From Vulcanimicrobiota bacterium (GTDB lineage: Bacteria > Vulcanimicrobiota > Xenobia > Xenobiales > JADMJV01), in the NCBI GenBank assembly GCA_050250895.1, contig JBFWNU010000009.1:1-64000 (forward strand): a stretch of 64,000 bases of DNA, in the 5' to 3' direction. This document shows, piece by piece, positions 27,930-36,385 of this stretch. A program made the translations under genes and the position numbers. Numbering within the stretch: position 1 is the stretch's first letter; every line of letters starts with the position of its first letter. Under the pieces are notes generated by a model. It searched no databases. It was not told the DNA's origin and was given only the letters and a program-made list of their open reading frames with translations.

Positions 27930-30900
27930 CCGGGCTCGGCCACCACTACCAGGTTGCGGCCGCCGGTCTTGGCCTGGTAGAGGGCCGCGTCGGCCCGGGC
28001 GAGGATCGAGGCGAACGAAGTGTCCGCCGGCGTCAATTCGGCGATGCCGATGCTGATGGTGAAGCGAACCTTCTCGTCTCGAGCCTCGAGCTCGAGGGCC
28101 GCTACCGCCTGGCGCAGGCGCTCGGCCATGATGGCCGCGCCCTGAGCGTCGGTCGAAGGCATGGCGATAGCGAACTCCTCACCGCCCATGCGCCCGAAGA
28201 CCTCGCTAACTCGCAGCTGCGAGGCCACCACCCGTGCCAGAGCCCTGAGCACCTGGTCACCCACGTCGTGGCCGTAGCTGTCGTTGATCGTCTTGAAGTA
28301 GTCGGCGTCGAGCATGACAGCGGTCAAGGGTGAGGGATAGCGGCGCGAGCGTTGGAACTCTTGCTCGGCCAATTCGAGAAAACGGCGACGGTTGGCGGCT
28401 CCCGTCAAGCTGTCGGTGGTGGCCAGCACCCGCAATTCTTCTTGCACGCGGGTGCGCTCTTCGATCTCTTGACTAAGTTCGCGAGTGCGCTCGGCTACCC
28501 GTTGCTCGAGGGTATTGTAGAGCTGGGCGTTACGAATCGAGATGGCGGCCTGCGCGGCCAATAATCGTAGCAGGTCGAGCTGCTGGTCGGTGAAGGCCCC
28601 GGTGGTCAGATCGTTCTCGAGGTAGAGAACGGCACTGAGTTCGTTCTGCTGCTTGACCGGCAGGCAGAGGATCGAGCCGGTCGAGCGCGATTGGATATAG
28701 TCGTCCTGGCAAAACGTGCTGTCCTGGCTGGCGTGGTGCAAAATGACTGCCTCGCGCGTTCGGCGGACGTAGTGGATGACCGACTGGGGGCACTCGGCGT
28801 AATCGGCGGCCGGCAATTCGAGCGAGCGCAGTTGGATTTCGGTATCGACCCAACCCTCGCAGACCACCTGCAGACCGCCTTCGCTCTCGAGCAAGAGTAG
28901 GCCCCGCTGGGCGCCGGCCGTTTCCAACACCAGCCGCACCAGCGACTGCACCAGCTCGGCCAACACGATCTGACTCGAGATGGCGTGGGAAGCTCGGATG
29001 GCCGCCGCCAGGTCAAGCTCGTGGCCAAACGAGACGGTGGCCGTGGTGCCGCGGCGCCGGGCCGACATAAAGTGACGAAAGCCGGCCAGAGGCTCGGCGA
29101 ACTCCTTCTCGAGCGCCTCGGTCTTGGCCGCGGCTCCCCAACGGCCATAGAGGAAAATCGCTTGCAACAGGTAGCCCCGAGCCGGGGCCAGGTTGCCCAG
29201 GCTGTAGAGAAAGCGCCCCGCGAGTTCGTTGGCCAGGGCCTCGTCCTGAATAAACTGATGGTCGCGGGCCTGGGCGATGGCCGCCTCATACAGCTCCTGG
29301 GCTTCGCCGCGCCGGCCCTGCAGGCGGGCGCACTCGGCCTCGAGCAAAGAGACACGGTGAACGAAGTTGGCCGGGCAGCCTTGGGCCAACCCAGCCAAAA
29401 ACTGTAGATTGGGAGCCACCCGCGCCAGGCTGCTCTCGACCTCGTCCGGTCGGTCCAGGCGCAGAATGGTCAGGGCGCGGTACTGGTGCCAGGCCACCAC
29501 CTGGTAGGTTGCCTGCACCCCATCGGCATACTCGGCGTAGTGCTCGGCCCGTTCCAGCGCCTCTTCGAGGGCGCCGAAGTGGTAGCGGCTAATCAGGCCG
29601 GCCACGGCCACGCAGAAGACGGCTCCTCGGGCTTGATGCTGCAACATCCTGGCCAGGTGAGCTTCTTCGTCGTAGTGGTCGCCAGCCAGCCGAGCCGGAT
29701 TCGGCGAAGGCATCATCAGGTTGCGCACCAGCTGGGCCATCGGATAGGTGCAGGCCAGGGCCGGCCCCATCTTGTGATGCTCCATGACGGCCGTGTGGTG
29801 CTCGATGGTGGCGGCCAGTTCGAGCAGGTCGATGCCGGCCCAAAAGCTGTTGGCGATCTCGTTGTGCAAGCCCCAGCCGGCGTATTCCAGGTCACCGCAG
29901 TCGAGACTGAGACGATAGACCAGGCGATGGTTGTCGATGGCCCGACGCAAAGGCTCGAGATAGCCATTGACCACGCCATCGATGACGTGCAAGTTCTTGC
30001 ACTGATGGGAAGGGACATCCCAACGACGGCCTAGCCCGGCCGCCACCCCGGCCAGCTGGCGGGCGGCCTCGAGCTGATTCACCGAGACCAGCACCAGGGC
30101 CAACACCGAGAAGGCATAGACCCCGTCGGGGGAGAGCCCGTGGCGCAACGAGATCGAGACCATGTTGCAGCAGAGCATCGGCAGCAGCAGCGGGACGGCC
30201 AGATAGGCAGCGGCCATCACACCGTTCTGGATGCGCACCGCCGCCACCGCCTCGGCGTGCTCGGCGGCGGGCAGGGCCTCGAGGTCGTGCCCGCCGATCA
30301 TTCCCAGGGTCAGGGCCACCGCCGTCTGCACATCCTCGAAAGACGGGTTGGGGTCCATGCCAAAGCCTAACAGCTCGAGCACCTCGAGGGCCTGATAGAC
30401 CGCCTCGGGCAAGCGCTGCTGGGCGATGAGCGCCTGAATGCGAATCTCTTGACCTTCGACCCGGTCGAGCAGTTTGCCAGCCCGGCGAGCCACCACCTCC
30501 AGGCGCGCCTCCATCAGGTCGTAATAACCCCCCAGATAAGCCGCGCGGGCACCCTCCAGGTGGACGGCCAGAGCCAGTTCGTAGCGGCCTTCCCAGTCCT
30601 CTTCGGGCAAATGTTCGAAGGCCCGCAGATAATGCTGGTGGGCCGGTTCGAAAGCGGCCGAACGCAAGGCCCGCCGGCCGGCCTCGAGATTGAGTTCGGC
30701 CAGCTGGCGCCGTTCGTCGAGACCCACGAGCAAGGCGGCAGCCCGGTTCATGTGCTCGACCAGGGTGAACAGGGCGGTGGGGTCCTGGGAAGCCTCGGCC
30801 TGCAGCAAGCGAGCTACGCGCAGATGGATGTGGTTGGCCTGAGCAGGCTCGAGCATAGCATAGGCTGCTTGCTGCACCCGGTCGTGGGCGAAACGATAGC

Positions 30901-32950
30901 CGAAGTTCGTGCCCGCCCCCTCCAGCATTTCGGCATACCAGAAGTCTTCTTCGGTGGGCAAGATGAGGTTGGCCCGCAGGGGTTGCCGCAACAACTCGAG
31001 GGTCTGGCGACGAGTCAAGCCTTGCAGATGGGCCAACCTGGCCAGATCGAAGCTGTTGCCCACGCACGCTGCTAGCTGCAGTGCCTGCCGGCTTTCCTCG
31101 GGCAACCGGGCCAGTTGGGCGGCCATGAAGTCGACCACGTTAGCGGTGAAATCCTGACTCTGGATCTGGTCGAGATCCCAGCACCAGCACTGCTGGGCGG
31201 GCTCGTAGCCGAGCAACCCCCGCTCGTAAAGGCTCTCGAGAAATCGAGTCAAGAAGAAGGCGTTGCCCCGAGTCTTGTGCTGGCAGATCAGAGCCAGGCG
31301 CAGGTATCCCGGGGATTCACCCACGGTGTCGCCAACCAGTTGCAGAATGTCTTTCTCTTCGAGGGGACCCAGGGTGAGGGTCTCGATCCTGGCTCCCTGG
31401 CTCTCCATCTGCTTGAGGGCCGTCGCCAACGGGTGCGAGGGGGTGACTTCGTTGTGCCGATAGGCCCCCACCATCAACAGGTGTCGCGCCTCGGGCTCGC
31501 AGGCCAACTGACCGAGCAGCTCGAGGCTGGGCAGATCGGCCCATTGCAGGTCGTCGAGAAACAAGACCAGGGGATGCTCGGCCGTGCCGATGGCCCGCAC
31601 AAAACTTGCCATCACCATCTGGAAGCGATTGCGGGCCTCGGTCGGTCCCAGGGCTTCGATGGCCGGTTGAGGACCGAGCACATGCTCGAGTTCGGGCAAT
31701 ACCTCGATGAGGACCTGGGCCTGCTTACCCAGAGCTGTCTGGATCGACCGACGCCAGCCATCGATCTGGTCTTCGGGCTCGGTCAGGATTTGGCGGATGA
31801 AGCTGCGGAAGGCCTGAATCAGGGAATCGTGGGGTATCCCCCGGTTGAGCTGGTCGAACTTTCCTTCCACGTAGATCCCGCGGCGGCGGGTCAGGGGTCG
31901 ATGCACCTCGTGGACTAGCGAGGTCTTGCCCACCCCCGCCTGGCCTGCCACGAGCAACACATTGGCATGGCCCTGGGCGGCGCGTTCGAAGGCCGCCAGC
32001 AAGAGTTCGGTCTGAGATTCGCGACCGTAGAGCTTCTGAGGAATGCGCAACTCGGTCCCGTGGTCGCGCAGGCGCAAGGCGAAGGTCTCACGACCTCGCC
32101 CGGCTTCTAGAGCCTTGAGGCAGGTTTCGAGGTCGTGTTTCAGACCGGCGGCGCTGGCGTAGCGGTCCTCGGCGCGCTTGGACAAGAGCACCATCACCAG
32201 CTCGCCCAGACTGGGAGGAATCTCCTCCACCAATTCGTCGGGAGGCACCGGATTGCGAGCCAAATGACTGTGAACCAGCTCGAGGGGGTCGTCAGACTCG
32301 AACGGCCGGCGGCGGGTCAACAACTCATAGAGGGTCACTCCTAGCGAGTACAGATCGCTGCGACTATCGACATCGCGATTCATGCGTCCCGTCTGCTCCG
32401 GCGACATATAGGCCGGAGTGCCCGAAAAGCCGGAGGTGACCCCGACCGGGCTGCGTCCCAACACCTGAGAGATGCCAAAGTCGATGATCTTGACCTGCTC
32501 GCTGCGAGAGTTCCAGACCAGGTTGGCGGGGTTGATATCGCGATGCACGATGCTCAGCCGGTGCAGGTGGTCGAGCCCCTCGGCCACCTGGATGCCGATG
32601 CGCAGAATCTCGGGGATTTCAAACCGACACTGGCGCAGATGGTGAGCCAGCGACGAGGCGCCGAAATCCTCCAGCACCAGGCTGGCGGTTCCATCCTCGA
32701 CGCGCATCTCGTAGGCTTCGATGACGTTTGGCCCGGCGGCCCCGCGAGTGATCTCGAATTCACGCGCGAATCGCGCCAGCGAGGCCGGCCCGGGATAGAG
32801 CTCGCGAAGCTGTTTGACGACCACCTTCCGCCCCGCTTCGTCGATGGCCCGATACACGCGTGAGGCCCGCCCCTCGAAGATGCACTCCATCACAACAAGG
32901 CCAACTTCGCCCGCCACTCGGAACCGCCTGCCCTGGTGAACCGGCAACAA
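27908..32950 (-). CDS. Ser/Thr kinase-AAA ATPase-GAF-GGDEF diguanylate cyclase fusion (start uncertain, possibly ATG 32890)
   Basis: HRDINPAN/DFG/YMSPEQTGR kinase; GQAGVGKT and LDDLQW ATPase; GAF (YLEND); DADYFKTINDSYGHDVGD...RMGGEEF. Confidence 0.93.
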   Translation of the reverse strand: MLPVHQGRRFRVAGEVGLVVMECIFEGRASRVYRAIDEAGRKVVVKQLRELYPGPASLARFAREFEITRGAAGPNVIEAYEMRVEDGTASLVLEDFGASSLAHHLRQCRFEIPEILRIGIQVAEGLDHLHRLSIVHRDINPANLVWNSRSEQVKIIDFGISQVLGRSPVGVTSGFSGTPAYMSPEQTGRMNRDVDSRSDLYSLGVTLYELLTRRRPFESDDPLELVHSHLARNPVPPDELVEEIPPSLGELVMVLLSKRAEDRYASAAGLKHDLETCLKALEAGRGRETFALRLRDHGTELRIPQKLYGRESQTELLLAAFERAAQGHANVLLVAGQAGVGKTSLVHEVHRPLTRRRGIYVEGKFDQLNRGIPHDSLIQAFRSFIRQILTEPEDQIDGWRRSIQTALGKQAQVLIEVLPELEHVLGPQPAIEALGPTEARNRFQMVMASFVRAIGTAEHPLVLFLDDLQWADLPSLELLGQLACEPEARHLLMVGAYRHNEVTPSHPLATALKQMESQGARIETLTLGPLEEKDILQLVGDTVGESPGYLRLALICQHKTRGNAFFLTRFLESLYERGLLGYEPAQQCWCWDLDQIQSQDFTANVVDFMAAQLARLPEESRQALQLAACVGNSFDLARLAHLQGLTRRQTLELLRQPLRANLILPTEEDFWYAEMLEGAGTNFGYRFAHDRVQQAAYAMLEPAQANHIHLRVARLLQAEASQDPTALFTLVEHMNRAAALLVGLDERRQLAELNLEAGRRALRSAAFEPAHQHYLRAFEHLPEEDWEGRYELALAVHLEGARAAYLGGYYDLMEARLEVVARRAGKLLDRVEGQEIRIQALIAQQRLPEAVYQALEVLELLGFGMDPNPSFEDVQTAVALTLGMIGGHDLEALPAAEHAEAVAAVRIQNGVMAAAYLAVPLLLPMLCCNMVSISLRHGLSPDGVYAFSVLALVLVSVNQLEAARQLAGVAAGLGRRWDVPSHQCKNLHVIDGVVNGYLEPLRRAIDNHRLVYRLSLDCGDLEYAGWGLHNEIANSFWAGIDLLELAATIEHHTAVMEHHKMGPALACTYPMAQLVRNLMMPSPNPARLAGDHYDEEAHLARMLQHQARGAVFCVAVAGLISRYHFGALEEALERAEHYAEYADGVQATYQVVAWHQYRALTILRLDRPDEVESSLARVAPNLQFLAGLAQGCPANFVHRVSLLEAECARLQGRRGEAQELYEAAIAQARDHQFIQDEALANELAGRFLYSLGNLAPARGYLLQAIFLYGRWGAAAKTEALEKEFAEPLAGFRHFMSARRRGTTATVSFGHELDLAAAIRASHAISSQIVLAELVQSLVRLVLETAGAQRGLLLLESEGGLQVVCEGWVDTEIQLRSLELPAADYAECPQSVIHYVRRTREAVILHHASQDSTFCQDDYIQSRSTGSILCLPVKQQNELSAVLYLENDLTTGAFTDQQLDLLRLLAAQAAISIRNAQLYNTLEQRVAERTRELSQEIEERTRVQEELRVLATTDSLTGAANRRRFLELAEQEFQRSRRYPSPLTAVMLDADYFKTINDSYGHDVGDQVLRALARVVASQLRVSEVFGRMGGEEFAIAMPSTDAQGAAIMAERLRQAVAALELEARDEKVRFTISIGIAELTPADTSFASILARADAALYQAKTGGRNLVVVAEPGYSQAEA

Positions 32951-33024
32951 ACCTTTAACAACCCGGAAACATCGTTCAAAAACTGGCGAACGCTCTCGCA
33001 GCCTGCCTGACCTATGCTGAAGAG

Positions 33025-33465
33025 GTGAAGGTCTATGCTTCTGCTTTAATGTCCCAGGCCGAGCCCGAACTGGTGGCCCGCGCCCTGAAAGTGATCGCGA
33101 GGGCCAGCGAAATCGAACTGGCTTTACGCCGGGTCAAAGGGATCTCTGACGATGCTCAGGTCTCGCACGATAGCCCGGTGGTGGCCGTCAATTGGGACGG
33201 CTATTATCCCGAACCCCGCACCGGCTGGTTGGGCAGACTGCGCAACCTTTGCCGCCAATGCTTTCTAGGAGTGGGAGTCTGGACCGCAGCTTTGACCGCC
33301 GATGGCAGCCTGGATGTGCAACGGAGCGGATTCTACCACGAAGAACCGGTAGAGCAGCTCGAGCGGCGTTCGATGGGCTGTGGCCACTACTATTTCTATC
33401 AACAGGGTGACGGCCTGCCTATTACTTTCAGCCGGGCCCACGACGGCCGCTTGTTCTTCCATTAA
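33025..33465 (+). CDS. Hypothetical protein
   Basis: TATGCT-N6-GTG leaderless-type start; fills the intergenic space. Confidence 0.55.
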   Translation: MKVYASALMSQAEPELVARALKVIARASEIELALRRVKGISDDAQVSHDSPVVAVNWDGYYPEPRTGWLGRLRNLCRQCFLGVGVWTAALTADGSLDVQRSGFYHEEPVEQLERRSMGCGHYYFYQQGDGLPITFSRAHDGRLFFH

Positions 33466-33503
33466 CCGAAGGCGTCGCCGGTCCATGGCTTGAAGCACAC
33501 CTG

Positions 33504-34151
33504 ATGCGTAAAGCCCTGATCGTGGTCGCGGCGCTCATCTTGGTGGTTTCGTCGGCCGCGGTGTTCATTGTATCCAAACAAAACCAGCTGGCTATTTCTC
33601 CGGCCGAGGTCGAGGCCGCCGCCGCGGCCATGCTGCCGGGCACGAAGCCAGTCGACGCTCTGCGCCCGGTGGCCAAGTTCGAAACCGAGGACATTCAGGT
33701 GGCCATCTTTGCCCCGGGTTTGCCGCAAGTTCGTCCCGTCGCCCTGGCCGAAGGCGAATTGCGCGTCGTGCTGGCCCGGCCCGCCGGCGACGAAAAACCC
33801 ATACCCGAGGTGGTCCGAGCTCGGCTCGACGAGCTGCAAGAGAAGAAGGCAGAAGAGATGGAGGTGGAAAGCTCACGCCCCATTTTGCTGAAGTTTGGGG
33901 GCCATCCCTATCCGGCCAGGAGCGACCTTCTGGTGCTCAAGTCCAACGGCAAACGACTCCGCGAAGACATGACCGTGGTCAAAGCCAACCAACGGCCCGT
34001 GGTGGTGCTCATCACCGGCCCGGCCGACTCCTTTGATGAGCGCCTGCGAGATCGCTTTTTGTCCAACTGCCGGGCCGACGCCATCGTGGCCGAGCCAACT
34101 CCCCCGCCGCTCCCTCCCCTGCCCGGTCCGGGTCGTCGCCCCCGAGGTTAA
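33504..34151 (+). CDS. Membrane-anchored hypothetical protein
   Basis: N-terminal hydrophobic helix; Pro-rich C-terminus. Confidence 0.7.
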   Translation: MRKALIVVAALILVVSSAAVFIVSKQNQLAISPAEVEAAAAAMLPGTKPVDALRPVAKFETEDIQVAIFAPGLPQVRPVALAEGELRVVLARPAGDEKPIPEVVRARLDELQEKKAEEMEVESSRPILLKFGGHPYPARSDLLVLKSNGKRLREDMTVVKANQRPVVVLITGPADSFDERLRDRFLSNCRADAIVAEPTPPPLPPLPGPGRRPRG

Positions 34152-34178
34152 CCGGCACCTGCGGTCGAACCAGCGGGA

Positions 34179-34736
34179 ATGTTACGCAAGCTCGCCCTAT
34201 TGGTTTTGCTCTTGAGTGTGGTGGCCCAGGCCCAGACGCCGGAGCAGAAACTCGAGACGCTCTACAAGTATCATTTGAGTTCGCACGGCGAGCCCGACAC
34301 CGTGGCCAAGCACGAACGCTTCTTCACGCCGGGCTTTTTGGGTGTGCTCGACCGCCAGTTCGAGTTGCAGCGCCAGTTGCCCGGCGCCGGCTCGAATTTT
34401 CTCACCGTCGGCAATGGCGGCTGGGGCGACTATGAAGTCCACCCCGGGGCGCGCCGAGGCAAGGACTACGTGGTGCCGATGGTGCTCTATTGCGGCCTGC
34501 GCAGCGACCAGGTGCGGACCGACCCCAAAGTGCGGGCGGAATGGCCCGTTCATAAGGTCGAAATCCTGTTCACCGACATCGGTGCCGGCTGGCAAATCTA
34601 CGACCTGCGCTTCCTACCCCGCCCGGCCAGCAAGAACGGCTACGCCTTTGAAGGTTACAGCGCGCGCGAGATGCTCAAGCGTGAAAATGCTTCCATCGCC
34701 AAGCACCTCGAGAAGTACCCCGAGTTACGTCGCTGA
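34179..34736 (+). CDS. Secreted hypothetical protein (possibly DUF3828/NTF2-like)
   Basis: Signal peptide ending AQA; C-terminal WQIYDL motif. Confidence 0.65.
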   Translation: MLRKLALLVLLLSVVAQAQTPEQKLETLYKYHLSSHGEPDTVAKHERFFTPGFLGVLDRQFELQRQLPGAGSNFLTVGNGGWGDYEVHPGARRGKDYVVPMVLYCGLRSDQVRTDPKVRAEWPVHKVEILFTDIGAGWQIYDLRFLPRPASKNGYAFEGYSAREMLKRENASIAKHLEKYPELRR

Positions 34737-34762
34737 TTAGGGCCTCCAGGAGTTGATCAGGG

Positions 34763-35005
34763 TCAGGCCACACCCCTCGACCGCATCGGGGCACGAGGCG
34801 GGATGTCCAGGTCAACGCCGCCCAGCGGTTCAAAGCGCGCCCGAATGGTCGCCAGCAAGTCGGCCGTGGGAGTCTCGTTACAGGTCAACACGAGACGAAG
34901 AATTCGGCGGGCTTCTTCCTCCATCGAACAGTTGTGGCGGGCAGCTCGAAGGCGGAGCAGGCGCTTGAGACTCGGATCGAGATTGCGGATGGTGATACTG
35001 GCCAT
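34763..35005 (-). CDS. FitA/StbC-like ribbon-helix-helix antitoxin (orphan)
   Basis: MASITIRNLD..LK..LRLRAARHNCSMEEEARRIL and IRARFEPLGGVDL, the classic family signature. Confidence 0.9.
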   Translation of the reverse strand: MASITIRNLDPSLKRLLRLRAARHNCSMEEEARRILRLVLTCNETPTADLLATIRARFEPLGGVDLDIPPRAPMRSRGVA

Positions 35006-35011
35006 AATTTA

Positions 35012-35038
35012 TGCACTCACTGTAATCAATGCAATCAC
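35012..35038. promoter_or_regulatory. Putative RHH autoregulatory operator (three 9-bp direct repeats)
   Basis: TGCACTCAC TGTAATCAA TGCAATCAC immediately upstream of the antitoxin start. Confidence 0.6.
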
Positions 35039-35139
35039 CTGGAGCAAGTGGGCGGATCCTGGGAAATGCATGGCGAAGCTCGCCCCCAACACACCGCGCC
35101 CACCCTTTTCGGGTCAGGGGCGCAGTTAGGGGGAACCTT

Positions 35140-35877
35140 ATGACCACGACCTGCCGACGCCTGGCCTGGCTGTTTCTCGCCCTCGGGGTGGTCACCGGGT
35201 GGGCTGGCGCCGAGTCATCAGACTATAGCGAGGCCATCCGCAAGGGCGACCTGAAAGCCCTCAAGAAATACGTCGAGATGGACCCTGACGGCGTCAACGG
35301 TCACCGTTGGGGAGCGCCTCTGCTGGTGCAGGCAGCCGACGCCGGCCAGGCCAAATCGGTGGCCTTTTTGCTCGAGCAAGGCGCCGATGTCAACGCTAAG
35401 AACTCGGACGGGTTTACGGCCCTGCACCGGGCCGCCGAGCGCGACCATCCCGAGGTGATGAAGTTGTTGCTCAAACACAAGGCGGATGTCGAGGCACGCT
35501 CGGGTCGAGAAGAGACGCCGCTGCATCAATGTCGCTCGGCCCAGGCAGTGAACCTCCTGGTCAAAGCCGGAGCCGACCTCGACGCCCTGGCCCGTGGCCA
35601 GAGAACGCCTCTGATCTGGGCGGCCCAGAACGGTCGCAGCGAAGCCGCTATCGCCATGGTGGCGGCCGGGGCCAAACTCGATGTGCAGGACCAATACCAA
35701 TGCACCGCGCTGCATCGAGCCATCTGGTCCAAGGACAAGCCTCTGGTCGAGGCCCTGCTCAAAAAGCGAGCCAAGACCGGCCTGCGCAACAAAGAAGGAC
35801 TCACGGCCATGGGATACGCCAAGAAGGCGGGCGACCAAGAAATTATTGCCTTGCTCAAGAAATACAAGGCCCACTAG
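35140..35877 (+). CDS. Secreted ankyrin-repeat protein
   Basis: Signal peptide; repeated GxTALHxAA...LLxxGADVN. Confidence 0.92.
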   Translation: MTTTCRRLAWLFLALGVVTGWAGAESSDYSEAIRKGDLKALKKYVEMDPDGVNGHRWGAPLLVQAADAGQAKSVAFLLEQGADVNAKNSDGFTALHRAAERDHPEVMKLLLKHKADVEARSGREETPLHQCRSAQAVNLLVKAGADLDALARGQRTPLIWAAQNGRSEAAIAMVAAGAKLDVQDQYQCTALHRAIWSKDKPLVEALLKKRAKTGLRNKEGLTAMGYAKKAGDQEIIALLKKYKAH

Positions 35878-35893
35878 AGGACGAGGAGATTCT

Positions 35894-36355
35894 ATACGAC
35901 TGACCCGGCTGGCTTTACTGTTGACCCTCTTGCTGTTGGCCCTGGCGCCGGCCCAGGCCGAAGAGCCACCCACGGCCGAGAAGATCACGGAGATCCGCGA
36001 TCGATTCCGCGGCTTTCCCTGTCAAGACGTGACCAAGGAGATGCTCAGCAAGGCCAAGCACAAAAACTATGCCGATGCCTTCGCGCTCTTGACCGACAAG
36101 ACCCAAAAGAAGATCAACTTCAGCCGATTCTGCTCGCGGATGGAGCGGTTCGAATACCCGGAAGGCTCGTATTCGGTCAATCCCCACAAGGTCGATGACG
36201 AAACCTTTCGGGTGGAGTGCTATCTCATGACCAGCGTCAGCGGCAAGAAGAAGACAGTGGGAAGCAAAGAGCCGGTCTACGAGATGATCATGAAGAAGGT
36301 GGACGAGTGCTGGCTGGTCGACAAAGTGATCAGCAAGAAGGTCAAGATCCCCTGA
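35894..36355 (+). CDS. Secreted hypothetical protein with an apparent ATA start
   Basis: GAGGAG-N5-ATA CGA CTG...; signal peptide RLTRLALLLTLLLLALAPAQA. Confidence 0.6.
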   Translation: MRLTRLALLLTLLLLALAPAQAEEPPTAEKITEIRDRFRGFPCQDVTKEMLSKAKHKNYADAFALLTDKTQKKINFSRFCSRMERFEYPEGSYSVNPHKVDDETFRVECYLMTSVSGKKKTVGSKEPVYEMIMKKVDECWLVDKVISKKVKIP

Positions 36356-36385
36356 GCTAGCGGACTCGCACGCTCGCTCGCCGAA

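Noticed and set aside
32944-32970. Triple 11-bp-period repeat GCAAC/TTAAC/GAAAC as a member of the promoter classes
   Set aside because: It resembles the boxes, but no -10 hexamer lies at the N10 or N22 spacing, so it was left unassigned.
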